Shown: positions 38,901-51,744 of the stretch, in pieces
Numbering within the stretch: position 1 is the first letter of the stretch
Layout of the letters: every line of letters starts with the position of its first letter
Notes under the pieces: model-generated
Databases searched by the model: none
The model's input: only the letters and a program-made list of their open reading frames with translations
Told to the model about the DNA's origin: nothing
Program-made: the position numbers and the translations under genes
NCBI GenBank assembly: GCA_964016885.1
Contig: OZ024745.1
Location: forward strand, 16,740,001-16,804,000
DNA: 64,000 nucleotides
Direction: 5' to 3'
Source: Eledone cirrhosa
Lineage: Eukaryota

Positions 38901-39217
38901 AAAGCTTGCCCGTCTCCGCTGGTCACGTCCAGCACCACCAACTTACCTTCTGGGTCCAGGAAGATGGCCCGTATGGCAAGATCCAAACCTCTCCGAAAAA
39001 GCACAGCAACTCCTCCCCCCGATCCCGGACGGCTGGGAGATGCGTACACATCGTAGCCGCCGAAGATCGGTGCGAAAGCCCGTGCTTCGGAGATTCTGGT
39101 CTCGCTGATGGCCACTACATCTATGTTTAGTGACCAGAGGTCGTTGAGCAGGTGGCACTGCTTCCATGACGACCCCAAGCCACGCGTATTTATGCTGCCT
39201 ATTCTGAGTGAGGTCAT
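35963..39217 (-). pseudogene. ORF2: APE endonuclease, RT and C-terminal zinc finger; frameshifts and a probable internal deletion near 38125
   Basis: GSINTRGL, AISETR, AVYSPT, GDWN; KSPGLDGLPYE, NFRPITLLN, LDQSKAFDRVDH, HQGCPLS, AYADEV; CPRCAQSDETVLHAL. Confidence 0.9.
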
Positions 39218-39251
39218 GTTGAAAAGGAGTGGAAAAGATGGGAAAGACCAC

Positions 39252-40966
39252 TTACCTTACTTCTCGTAGGGGAAGGACGGTTTTTCCATCCTTTTCACTG
39301 CTTGTGGCCTCCTCAGGAAGGATGTCCTTATAAATCCTCCTGGAGAGTGCTTGTCGGAAGTCTCTGATGTTTTTGTGGAATATTTTTTTTAGTGTCATGT
39401 ACGTTTTCTGTGTGATGCGAGTGATTTGTATGTGTGGAGGTGGTGTTAATTTTGGGGTTGTTGTGTAGTCTTTTTCTGTGATGCTGGTGTTGTGTTGGAT
39501 GTAGTGTAATAATTGCTTGTTGTTCAAATTTAATGCTGTGTAGTGTGTATCGTTTTGGTTGTTTTGTTTTGTTTGCGTTTGTTGTGGGTTTGTTTCTGTT
39601 TCGCATTTTGGTGACTTTTGTGGTGTAGGTGATGGTGGTGTTGGGGTTAATGATGGTGATGGTGTTGGTGTTTGGGTTGATGGGGTTGGTGATGCTGGTG
39701 TGGATGGTGGCATATCTGTCCTAACTATTTTGTTTCTTAATTTATTTGTTTCCCTCTGTATTTTGTTTTTGGAGGGGGAAGGAAGAGAATTTTTTCTTTT
39801 TTGGTTTCTTTTTTTTTTTCTGGATATCGTTTCCCACTCCTCGTCGTCACAATCTGTCTCCAGTTGTGATAGGCCGGGGAGTGGAAAATCCTCCACAGGC
39901 GTTAGTTTTGGTTGTGGCGTGGTGGATGGTGTAGGCGCTGGTGCTAGTTCTGAAGCGTTGGGTGGTGGTGGTGTTGGTTTTGCTGCTGGTGGTGGTGGTG
40001 GTGTTGGTTTTGCTACTGTTGCTGGGGTTGTTGCTGTTATAGTTGCTTCTGTTGTTGCTGCTACAGTTGTTGCTGCCATCTCTGCTACTGGTGGTGTTGA
40101 TGGTTGTGTCACTGGGGTGGGTAGGAGAGGTGGCCTCAACCTTTTAGCCTGAGGGCAGAAAGCCCTTAGGTGGGTTCCTTCACCACAAACGACACACCTA
40201 GGTCTTCTGCCCTCGACAATTACCGTGAGGTGGCTGCCGTCAGTGAGGTATATTACCTCTGGGATCTCCTCAATGCTTTTTTGGTCCGCTTGGATCAGGA
40301 GCTCCATCCCAGATCTGGACCAGTTCTCCTGCTTTTCTTTTGCTATTGATATTATTTTTGTGTTGGCTTCGATGCCGGCGAGGACAGCCGCTATTAGCCA
40401 GGGATGCTCCATTTTATTAGGTGTGTGTGTGGGGGGGGGGGGCTGACCCTGTACCCATCTTTCTTTACCATTTGTTTGGCATTTTCTAAATCCTCCTGAG
40501 TTACCGTAAATGCTTCGAACTGTTTTGCTACTCTGGCAAAACTGAGGGTGGTTTTTATAATGTCATTGTTGTTGTTGTTGCTATCGTTATTTGTGTTAAT
40601 ATTAATTTTAGTTTCAGTTGTGGTGGTGGTGACGTCAGTCGTCTTTGGTGGGGAAGAGCCCATTTTGCTTGATTTCATTTCGACATCAGGAGTTAATTTA
40701 TTTTTTTCTTCTTTTGTTTCTGTTGTCGCGGTGGTGGTGCGGGTGGTGGTTGTCGCGGTGGTGGTGGTCGTGGAGGCTTTAACACCTGCAGTCATTGGTA
40801 ATGGCGGGAAATGAATGTCTGCCATAGACAAATTTAAAATATTGCTACTGCTTATATTTTTTGTAGTGTTGGCAAACGTAGTAACATTTACAATGGTGGT
40901 GTCGGTGTGAGGTGTTAATTTGTGAGAAAGGCTTTCAGCTGCTTGGTGCAGAGGTGAATTAGCCAT
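39252..40966 (-). pseudogene. ORF1 (gag-like) with CCHC knuckle and Pro/Thr-rich regions; frameshift at the homopolymer near 40435
   Basis: ATG at 40966 (MANSPL); VIVEGRRPRCVVCGEGTHLRAFC is CX2CX4HX4C; basic stretch RKKKRNQKRK. Confidence 0.8.
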
Positions 40967-41171
40967 TTTTTTCAAAGAAATTTTTTGATAATCATAGTTT
41001 AAATTTTGGGCACAAGGCCCCAATCTTTTTGGGTGTCCTTTTCGGAAAACAATGTATGTGCGCTTATATATGGTTAACAATAAAAATTTTCCATAAATGG
41101 CAATTTTTAACAAACGGAAATAACAAACCTTTACGGAGCTCACGATGATACGATTTACTACGTAGGTCGCC

Positions 41172-41221
<50 letters not shown>

Positions 41222-41222
<1 letters not shown>

Positions 41223-41465
41223 TTACTTATCGCAAATCCCTGGAAACTCGCGTATAGGAGAAATACAAAAGATAGTACTAATGGGAACTGCCCATATACT
41301 AGGGAAGATTCTGTCAATATAAGTACATCACAAGTCTAAACACGAAAGATGCATGTGTGAGTATGTATGTTCTTTCTTGAACATGGCGGACCTTGTTGTC
41401 TCTTGAGGTCACTGGTTGTGACTTGGTGATAACTCGTATGAACATAAAGCAAGATAAATGCAACT

Positions 41466-41541
<76 letters not shown>
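41222..41541 (+). mobile_element. Short 3' fragment of Dong family A with (AAT)n tail
   Basis: Near-identical to 35443-35683 with a few substitutions. Confidence 0.9.
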
Positions 41542-41542
<1 letters not shown>

Positions 41543-42770
41543 TGATAAGATCTGAATACCTTCGGAGAGTAAGGAGCGTATTACAGTCACATCTGAACAG
41601 TAGGAATGCCATAAGTGCAGTAAATTCCCGAGCTGTGTCTATTATTAGGTACAGTGCGGGAATTCTGAGATGGAATGTTGCTGAACAAAAAGAAATGGAT
41701 AGGAAGACTAGGAAGCTATTGACTATCTACAATATGTTCCACAAGAGGAGTGATGTCGATAGACTCTAGTTAAGGAGATCAGAAGGTGTAAGAGGTCTTA
41801 TCAGCATAGTGGACTGTGTTCAGATGTAGAAAAACAACCTACACAAATACGTGACTGATAGTAAGGAGCCAATGCTCAGAACTGTACTGAGGAGGGGACA
41901 ATAGGCCAAGGGATGTCCAAGGAGGAAATAACATCAAGGAGAAAGAGCAGCCTTCAGGAAAAATCCCTTCATAGTACCTTCTTTGAGAAAACTGAATTTA
42001 GAGATCCACAGACATGGAACTGGTTGAAAAGAGGAGACCTTAAAAAGGCTACAGAAGGAATGTTAATGGCTGCGCAGGAGCAGGCCCTCAAAACGAAGTG
42101 GTTGAAACACCACATTTACAAGGAGGAGGCTAGCCCACTGTGCAGGATCTGTGGAGAGAGAGGTGTAAACACCTAGCCCAGACCCACTATAAGGGCTGGA
42201 GACATGATGTGATGGGCAGGGTGATCCACTGGCACCTATGCAAAGTAAACAATTTACCACATTCTGAGAAGTGGTATGAGCATAAGCCAGAAGCGGTGAT
42301 AGAAAACGATCAGGTGAAGGTGCTGTGGGATTTTAGGATACAGACGGACAAGAAACTGGAACACAATAGACCTGACCTGGTGGTTTTGGACAAAGAAAAA
42401 AGATCGTGCCTGATTGTGGATGTGTCCTGCCCATTCGACAGGAGAGTGCAAGAGAAGGAGAGGGAGAAAATTAACCGATACCAGGACCTAAAGTGGGAGG
42501 TGAAAAGGATTTGGAACTGCCATGAAGTCAAAGTGATCCCGATTGTAATAGGCGCACTAGGGACCTCTCAAAAAGTTTCCAGGGATGGTTAAAGAAAATC
42601 GGCCCCTTCACGCTTTTTGGAACGCTTCAAAAGGCATGCTTTCTGGGAACAGCAAGAACCCTCCGATAAGTCCTGAATATCTGAGGCTGCAGGTAGTGGC
42701 TTGATATTCATTTCAACAAACTTTCCAGTTAACCAACATCAATGACTGAGACTCAAAGAGTAATAACAAC

Positions 42771-42815
<45 letters not shown>

Positions 42816-42820
42816 TATAA
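41542..42820 (+). mobile_element. R4/Dong family B, 5'-truncated copy
   Basis: Colinear with 46005-47290; has stops and a small deletion in the CCHC; (AAT)n tail. Confidence 0.9.
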
Positions 42821-43437
42821 TATTTAAATCATTTGTGAAATAACTCTTAGTACAAATGCTACGTAAAGCACCCGGCTTGAGCCCCAAAAAATTCGGACCC
42901 AAAATATATTGTTATAAGGCTCAAATATTCAAATATTCAACTTTGTATTGTACACTGTATATCCAAAAAAGAAAATGGCTATAAATGGAAGAAGAACCCC
43001 CCCCCCCTCCTCCTCTGTCTACACTATATAGAACAGCCAAACTCACCAACACCAGAAACTAGATACACCACCCACCCCATCACCTGTGTACACTAAACCA
43101 CCACCGCTCACTACGGCCATCATTACAACCATTATCCCATCACCGCCGCCACCACCCCTTCACTCCTTCACTGCTACCACCGCTACAGCACCATCACTAC
43201 AGTAATACGGTCACATCACCGCCACCACTGCCTCGGTATCGACATCACCACCACCACTGTCTCAGTATCGCTACCGTCGCCAGTCTCCCACTTCTTTTAC
43301 TGGCTGCTCCCACCACATTATAGAATCCCTACTGCTAAAAAAGAGGAAGGCATCAAAATATATAGATAGACTCAAAAGAAAAAAGAAAAAACAAACAACA
43401 AAACCAAAGCAGCACAGCAACAACAGTAAGAAACGAG

Positions 43438-43471
<34 letters not shown>

Positions 43472-46400
43472 GTAAAGAAAATAAGAATGAAGAGAGAAGC
43501 AGGCGGACGGACAGAGAAGAGGGGGGGAAAAACTAAAACTTAAAAAACAAAAACTAAGTCAGACATTCGAACACTACATTACAATGAAACTTATGCTTAT
43601 TCATTTTTGGGGCCCTTTCTGCCTGTGTGTTTGTTTGTTTATGTGTGTTCGTATACAGCGTGGTGATAATGCCGCACAAGGGCCAAGTGGAATGGCGGAT
43701 CCACAGATGGATATGTAACCATACATTCGCCAATCCTCGATAAGAGCGTTTAAATATCGAACATAAACAGTTCGAATAACGGTGAAATGGAGACTAGAAC
43801 GTCATGTGACAGACTCTCACCCAACAGGTGCCCCCTGGCTCAGCAGCAGGAACCTGACTGTCAACCAAATACTGCTGATGTTGGAGGAAGGAGAAGAAGG
43901 AAAGGGGCCAGAACCAACTGGACGAAAGAATTGAATAGAACTGTTATGCAATGTTACCTGAAAAGTAACCCAAGGAGAGGGGCTACAGGAGACGGATGCA
44001 TAACATCTGGAACGAGATTGGTTTATTTAAATTAGATGAACAAAAATTGGCCGGGCAGGCTCGGGTAATAAGAACTAATGGATGGATAAGCGAGCTGGAA
44101 CTGGAGGAACTGAGCAGAGAGAATGGCTTGGAGATGGCGGGTGTAGTATGCCAGACAAGCGAGCCAGTGGGAAATGAAGGTGAAGAGGTCCTGAGAACGG
44201 AGGAACCACCCGAAGCAGACAATGATCTGAATACTGAGATAAATAATACCTGGAACAGAGATACGGCCACTGAGGAGATGAATGCTGACGGGCTAGGACA
44301 AGATTCGGTTGACATCCTAAATTTAGTGGTAGATGAATTGAACAATGATAGTGGGAGACCTATGAACATAAGATTTGTAGACAGGAAAAAGTTAAAAGGA
44401 ACAACAGCTAAGGTAAACAAAGTCATCCCATACCTTGAGGCGAGGAGCCTTCACCAGTGCAACAATATCCTCAAAGCAACAGCAAATACGGTGAGGAAAC
44501 TACTTGGTATAAAAGCGAGAGGAAACAACAGACAAGAAAGAGCAGAGCCATGGTGGAAGAAGCGACTGAGTGGGCAAATCGGGGAAATGAGAAATGACAT
44601 AGGAAAGCTTGAGTCACTACTGAATGGGACACTAAAAAACATAGGCACTAAAAATAGACTGGAAATAAAGTACAAAACTAGGAGGAAAAAGCTAAATATT
44701 ATCATAGAGGAACTGAAGCAACGCATTGTAGCAAAGAGTGCAAAAATCAGGCGATACGAGAACAGAGTCAGTCAGTATAAACAGAACCGCATGTTCGACA
44801 ACAACCAGAAGATGCTGTTTGGACAGCTTGAGGGGAAAGAAAGAGGCAACGACTTGATCCCTGGGGCGGAGCAAACTAAAACATTCTGGAGAGGAATATG
44901 AGAGCAGGATGTTAGACACAATGCCCAGGCAGGGTGGATTGAGACAGTACAGAGGGAGATCGGTGAGCAGGCACAACAACAAACTGATTTGAGTATCACA
45001 GTTGAAACTCTTAAGGGGCAGGCCAAAAAACTAACCAACTGGAAATCACCAGGCCCAGATGGTGTGCAGGGGTATTGGATTAAACATTTAACATCCCTCC
45101 ACCCGAAGCTGACGGCCATGTTCAATGACTGCTTGGTGTCGGGTGAGGTGCCAGAGTGGTTGACAAAAGGTACCACAGTTCTGATAATGAAAGACCGAAT
45201 CAAGGGTAATGATGTTACCAACTATAGACCTATCACATGTCTGTCCGTAATGTGGAAACTGTTGACGAGCATTGTGTCTGAGGAAGTCTACCATCACCTC
45301 CACACAAACAACTTGTTACCGGACGAACAGAAAGGATGCCGAAAGAAGTCACGTGGTACAAAGGACCAGTTACTTATTGATAAGATGGTAATGGGGAATT
45401 GCAGGAGGAGACACACTGATCTTGCCATGGGATGGATAGACTACAGAAAGGCATTTGACATGGTGCCTCATTCCTGGATCACCAAAAGCCTGGAGATCTT
45501 CAGGGTGGCGGATAACATCAGACAGTTGCTAGGCAGGAGTATGGGGTCCTGGGAGACAGAGTTGACATCAACTGGAGTATCCTTGGGAAGCGTGAAGATC
45601 AAGAGAGGTATCTTCCAGGGAGATAGCCTGTCCCCTCTGTTGTTTGTCCTTGCCCTGATGCCCTTGACCATTATGCTGCGAAAAGTGAGAGCAGGATACA
45701 AGTTGGGAAGGGGAGAGCTTACCATCAATCACCTCCTCTTCATGGACGATCTTAAGCTCTTCGGGAAAAGTGAGAAGGAGTTGGATGTGCTTGTTGACAC
45801 TGTCCGTATTTTCAGCAGTGATATATGTATGCAGTTTGGTATTGGTAAATGTGGAGTCATTGTGATGAAGAAGGGTAGGTTGAGCAGAAGTAACGGGATC
45901 CAGATACCAACAGGTGAGATGATAAAGGAAATTGACTCTGAGGAAGGATACAAGTATTTGGCCGTTCTGGAGGCTGATGGCATAAAGAACAAAAAAATGA
46001 AGGAATTGTTAAGAACTGAATACATTCGCAGAGTAAGGAGCGTATTGAAGTCACATCTGAACAGCAGAAATGCCATAAGCGCAGTAAATTCCCGAGCTGT
46101 GTCTATTATTAGGTACAGTGCGGGAATTCTGAGATGGAATGTTGCTGAACAAAAAGAAATGGATAGGAAGACTAGGAAGCTATTGACTATCTACAACATG
46201 TTCCACAAGAGGAGTGATGTCGATAGACTCTACCTAAGGAGATCTGAGGGTGGAAGAGGTCTTATCAGCATAGAGGACTGTGTTCAGATGGAGAAAAACA
46301 ACCTATACAAATACGTGACCTATAGTAAGGAGCCAATGCTCAGAACTGTACTGAAGGAGGGGACAGTAGGCCAGGGGATGTCCAAGGAGGAAATAACATC

Positions 46401-47261
46401 AAGGAGGAAGAGCAGCCTTAAGGGAAAATCCCTTCATAGTACCTTCTTTGAGAAAACTGAATTTAGAGATCCACAGACATGGAACTGGTTGAGAAGAGGA
46501 GACCTCAAAAAGGCTACAGAAGGAATGCTAATGGCTGCGCAGGAGCAGGCCCTCAAAACGAAGTGGTTGAAGCACCATATCTACAAGGAGGAGGCTAGCC
46601 CACTGTGCAGGATCTGTGGAGAGAGAGAGGAGACTGTGGCTCACATTGTGTCCGAGTGTAAACACCTAGCCCAGACCCACTATAAGGGCTGGAGACACGA
46701 TGTGATGGGCAGGGTGATCCACTGGCACCTGTGCAAAGTAAACAATTTACCACATTCTGAGAAATGGTATGAGCATAGGCCAGAGGCGGTGATGGAGAAC
46801 AATCAGGTGAAGGTGCTGTGGGATTTTAGGATACAGACGGACAAAAAACTGGAACACAATAGACCTGACCTGGTGGTTGTGGACAAAGAAAAAAGATCGT
46901 GTCTGATTGTGGATGTGGCCTGCCCGTTCGACACAAGAGTGCAAGAGAAGGAGAGGGAGAAAATTAACCGATACCAGGACCTAAAGTGGGAGGTGAAAAG
47001 GATTTGGAACTGCCATGAAGTCAAAGTGATCCCGATTGTCATAGGCGCACTGGGGACTATCTCCAAAAGTTTCCAGGGATGGTTAAAGAAAATCGGCCCC
47101 TTCACGCTTTTTGGAACGCTTCAAAAGGCATGCTTGCTTGGAACAGCAAGAACCCTCCGATACGTCCTGAATATCTGAGGCTGCAGGTAGTGGCTTGATA
47201 TTCAATCCAACGGACTTTCCAGTTAACCAACATCAATGACTGAGATTCAAGGAATAACAAC

Positions 47262-47290
<29 letters not shown>
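42821..47290 (+). mobile_element. R4/Dong family B, near-intact full-length copy
   Basis: About 930-bp leader, single ORF, short 3' UTR, (AAT)n tail. Confidence 0.92.
43787..47178 (+). pseudogene. Dong polyprotein: Myb-like N-terminal domain, RT, CCHC, restriction-like endonuclease
   Basis: NWTKELN...GYRxRMHNIW; WKSPGPDG, YRPITCL, EQKGC, WIDYRKAFDMVPH, GIFQGDSLSP, FMDD; CRICGEREETVAHIVSEC, RHD, RPDL...IVDVACP, KINRYQDL. One frameshift near 43975 and TGA for TGG at 44899. Confidence 0.93.
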
Positions 47291-47292
<2 letters not shown>

Positions 47293-50200
47293 GTCAGATT
47301 CTGTGGCGTCTGGGAGGGGTATGTGCTCCACGGCTGTTGGTATAAGGCACATGGTGGATATATATCGTTATGGAATCGATCCCGTAATTTTTTGATTTTT
47401 ACTTATTTAAAACAACTGTGATAGAATAATTCTTATTACAAATGAAGCATAAGATTACAGTTTACGTTCAGCAAGCCACAACACATCACTTTACGGCATA
47501 GCGCCCCCATATTTAATATTTAATTTTGGATCAGAAATGTTATAGTCGAAAAAGAGAAAAATGGCAAAATGTTTAAGTGGACAGACAGCACCGCCGCCAC
47601 CATCACCACTACCACGCCAAAAACTCTAGTCAAGTTACCTCAACTTCTATTTTTACTTCAACTTCAACACCATCACTACAATACTACGATCACATCACCA
47701 CCACCACTGCCTCATTATCGCTACCGCCGCTATTCTGTCCCACTACCGCCAGCTAAGACATGCATCGTAGTGTCCCCACTAAAAGAGAAAGGCATCAAAA
47801 GATATAAATAGACTGATTTGATGACGCGGTCACAAATCAAAAAACCAAAAATCAAAATCAAAACAGCACAGCAACAACGAAAATCGTAAAGAAAAGAAAA
47901 ACAAACAGACAGACAGAGAAGGAAAATAAAATAAAAAAACTAAGTCAGACATTCAAATATTATATTACAATGAAACTTATGCTTATTGTTTTTTGTTTTT
48001 TTTTTACCTATTTGTTTGGTTGTTTATTATGTTCGTCTACAGCATGATAGTGCCACACTAAAATCACCGATGGGTATGTAACTATACATTCACCAATCCT
48101 CGATAAGTGTGTTTAAATGTCGAACCTAAACAGTTCGAATAACGGTGAAGTGGAGACTGGAATGTCATGTGACAGGCTCTCTCACCCAGCAGGTGCTCCC
48201 TGGCTCAGCAGCAGGGACCTGGCTGTCAACCAAATACTGCTGGTGTCGGAGGAAGAAGAAGAAGGAAAGTGACCAGAACCAACTGGACGAAAGATTTGAA
48301 TAGAACTGTTATGCAATGTTACCTGAAGAGTAACCGCAAGGAGAAAGGCTATAGGAAACGGATGCATAACATCTGGAACGAGATTGGTCTATTTAAATTA
48401 GATGAACAAAAATTGGCCGGGCAGGCTCGGGTAATAAGAAATACTGGGTGGATAAGCGAGCTGGAACTGGTGGAACTGAGCAGAGAGATTAGGTTGGAAA
48501 TGGAGAGTGGAGTATGCCAGGCAAACGTGCCAGTGGGAAATGAAGGTGAAGAGGTTGAGAGAACGGAGGAACCATCCGAAGCAGACAATGATCTGAATGC
48601 TGAAATAAATAATACCTGGAACAAAGATACGGCCATTGAAGAGATGAATGCTGACGGGCTAGGACAAGATTTGGTTGATATCCTACACTTAGTGGTAGAT
48701 GAATTGAACAATGATAGTGGGAAACCTATGAACCTAAGATTTGTAGACAGGAAAAAGTTAAAAGAAACAACAGCTAAGGTAAACAAAGTCATCCCATACC
48801 TTGAGGCGAGGAGCCTTCACCAGTGCAACAATATCCTCAAAGCAACAACAAATGCGGTGAGGAAATTACTTGGCATAAAAGCGAGAGGAAACAACAAACA
48901 AGAAAGATCAGAACCTTGTTGGAAGAAAAGACTGAATGGTCAAACCAGGGAAATGAGAAATGACATTGGAAAGCTGGAGTCCCTACTGAATGGGACACTA
49001 AAAAACATAGGCACTAAAAATAGACTGGAAATAAAGTACAAAACTAGGAGGAAAAAGCTAAATATTATCATAGAGGAACTGAAGCAACGCATTCTAGCAA
49101 AGAGTGCAAAAATTAAGCGATACGAGAGCAGAGTCAGTCAGTATAGACAGAACCGCATGTTTGACAACAACCAGAAGATGCTGTTTGGACAGCTTAAATG
49201 CAAAGAAAGAGGCAACGACTTGATCCCTGAGGCGGAACAGACTAAGACATTCTGGAGAGGAATATGGGAGCAGGATATTGAACATAATGATCAGGCAGTG
49301 TGGATTGTGACAGTACAAAAGGAGATTAGTGAACAAGCACACCAAGAAACTAATTTGAGTATCACAGTTGAAACTCTTAAGAGGCAAACCAAAAAACTAA
49401 CCAACTGGAAATCACCAGGCCCAGATGGTGTGCAGGGGTATTGGATTAAAAATATAACATCCCTCCACCCGAAACTGACAACCATGTTCAATGACTGCTT
49501 CATGTCAGGTGAGGTACCAGAGTGGTTGACAAAGGGTACCACAGTTCTGGTAATGAAAGACCGAATCAAGGGTAATGATGTTACCAACTATAGACCTATC
49601 ACATGTCTGTCTGTAACGTGGAAACTGTTGACAAGCATTATGTCTGAGGAAATCTACCATCACCTCCACACAAACAACTTGTTACCGGAAGAACAGAAAG
49701 GATGCCGAAAGAAGTCCCGTGATACAAAGGACCAGTTACTTATTGATAAGATGGTAATGAGGAATTGCAAGAGGAGACACACTGGTCTTGCCATGGGATG
49801 GATAGACTACAAAAAAGGCATTTGACATGGTGCCTCATTCTTGGATCACCAAAAGCCTAGAGATCTTCAAAGTCCCAGATAACATCAGACAGTTGTAGGG
49901 CAAAAGTATGAAGTCATGGAAAACAGAGTTAACATCAGCTGGAGAATCCTTGGAGGGCGTGAAGATCAAGAGAGGTATCTTCCAGGGTGATAGTCTGTCC
50001 CCTCTGTTGTTTGTCCTTGCCCTGATGCCCCTGACCATTATACTGCGAAACGTGAGAGCAGGATACAAGTTGGGAAAGGGAGAGCTTACCATCAATCACC
50101 TCCTCTTCATGGACGATCTTAAGCTCTTCGGGAAAAGTGAGAAGGAGTTGGATGTGCTTGTTGACACTGTCCGTATTTTCAGCAATGATATATGTATGCA

Positions 50201-51642
50201 ATTTGGTATTAGTAAGTGTGGAGTCCTTGTGATGAAGTGGGGTAAATTGAGCAGAAGCAACGGAATCCAGGTACCAACAGGTGAGATGATAAAGGAAATT
50301 GACACTGAAGAGGGATACAAGTATTTGGGTGTTCTGGAGGCTTATGACACCAAGAACAAAAAAAATGAATGAATTGATAAGATCTGGATACATTCGGAGA
50401 GTAAGGAGCGTATTAAAGTCACATCTGAACAGCAGAAATGCCATAAGTGCAGTAAATTCCCGAGCTGTGTCTATTATTAGGTACAGTGTGGGAATGCTGA
50501 GATGGAATGTTGCTGAACAAAAAAAATGGATAGGAAGACTAGGAAGCTATTGAATATCTACAACATGTTCCACAAGAGGAGTGATGTCGATAGACTCTAC
50601 TTAAGGCGATCTGAAGGTGGAAGAGGTCTTATCATCATAGAGGACTGTGCTCAGATGGAGAAAAACAACCTACACAAATACGTGACTGATAGTAAGGAGT
50701 CAATGGTCAGAATTGTACTGAAGGAGAGGACAATAGACCAGGGGATGTCCAAGGAGGAAATAACAACGAGGAGCAAGAGCAGCCTTCATGAAAAATCCCT
50801 TCATAGTGCCTTCTTTGAGAAAACTGAATTTAGAGATCCACAGACATGGAACTGGTTGTAAAGAGGAGACCTTAAAAAGGCTAGAGAAGGAATGCTAATG
50901 GCTGCGCAAGAGCAGGCCATCAAATTGAAGTGGTTGAAACACCATATTTACAAGGAGGAGGCTAGCCCACTGTGCAGGATCTGTGGAGAGAGAGAGGAGA
51001 CTGTGGCTCACATTGTATCCGAGTGTAAACACCTAGCCCAGACTCACTATAAGGGCTGGAGACATGATGTGATGGGCAGGGTGATCCACTGGCACCTATG
51101 CAAAGTAAACAATTTACCACATTCTGAGAAGTGGTATGAGCATAAGCCAGAGTCGGTGATAGAAAACGATCAGGTGAAGGTGCTGTGGGATATTAGGATA
51201 CAGACGGACAAGAAACTGGAACACAATAGACCTGACCAGGTGGTTTTGGACAAGGAAAAAAGATCGTGCCTGATTGTGGATGTGACCTGCCCATTCGACA
51301 CGAGAGTGCAAGAGAAGGAGAGGGAGGATATTAACTGATACCAGGACTTAAAGTGGGAGGTAAAAAGGATTTGGAACTGCCATGAAGTCAAAGTGGTCCC
51401 AATTGTCATAGGCGCACTAGGTACTATCTCAAAAAGTTTCCAGGGATGGCTAAAGAAAATTGACCCGCCACGCTTTTTGGAACGCTTCAAAAGGCATGCT
51501 TGCTGGGAACAGCAAGAATCCTCCGGTACGTCCTGAATATCTGAGGCTGCAGGTAGTGGCTTGATATTCATTTCAACAAACTTTCCAGTTAACTAACATC
51601 AATGACTGAGAGTCAAAGAACAATAATATTAATAATAATAAT
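47291..51642 (+). mobile_element. R4/Dong family B, full-length decayed copy (ATG about 48117)
   Basis: Colinear with the previous copy; several frameshifts and stops. Confidence 0.92.
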
Positions 51643-51699
51643 ACTTTCAAAAGTTTTCAACGCAACAACCCCTTCTTCGCTCGTAGCTAAAATCAAAAA

Positions 51700-51744
<45 letters not shown>

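Larger units (their letters stand above)
35720..41171 (-). mobile_element. L1/Tx1-like LINE, apparently full length, inserted in (AAT)n
   Basis: About 200-bp 5' UTR, ORF1, ORF2, and a 3' UTR ending AATAAAGAAAACA; (AAT)n on both sides. Confidence 0.88.

Noticed and set aside
35443-41470. The 240-bp repeats at 35443 and 41225 as LTRs or a long target duplication around the Tx1 element
   Set aside because: Both are Dong-A 3' ends with their own (AAT)n tails and several differences; an independent truncated insertion is simpler
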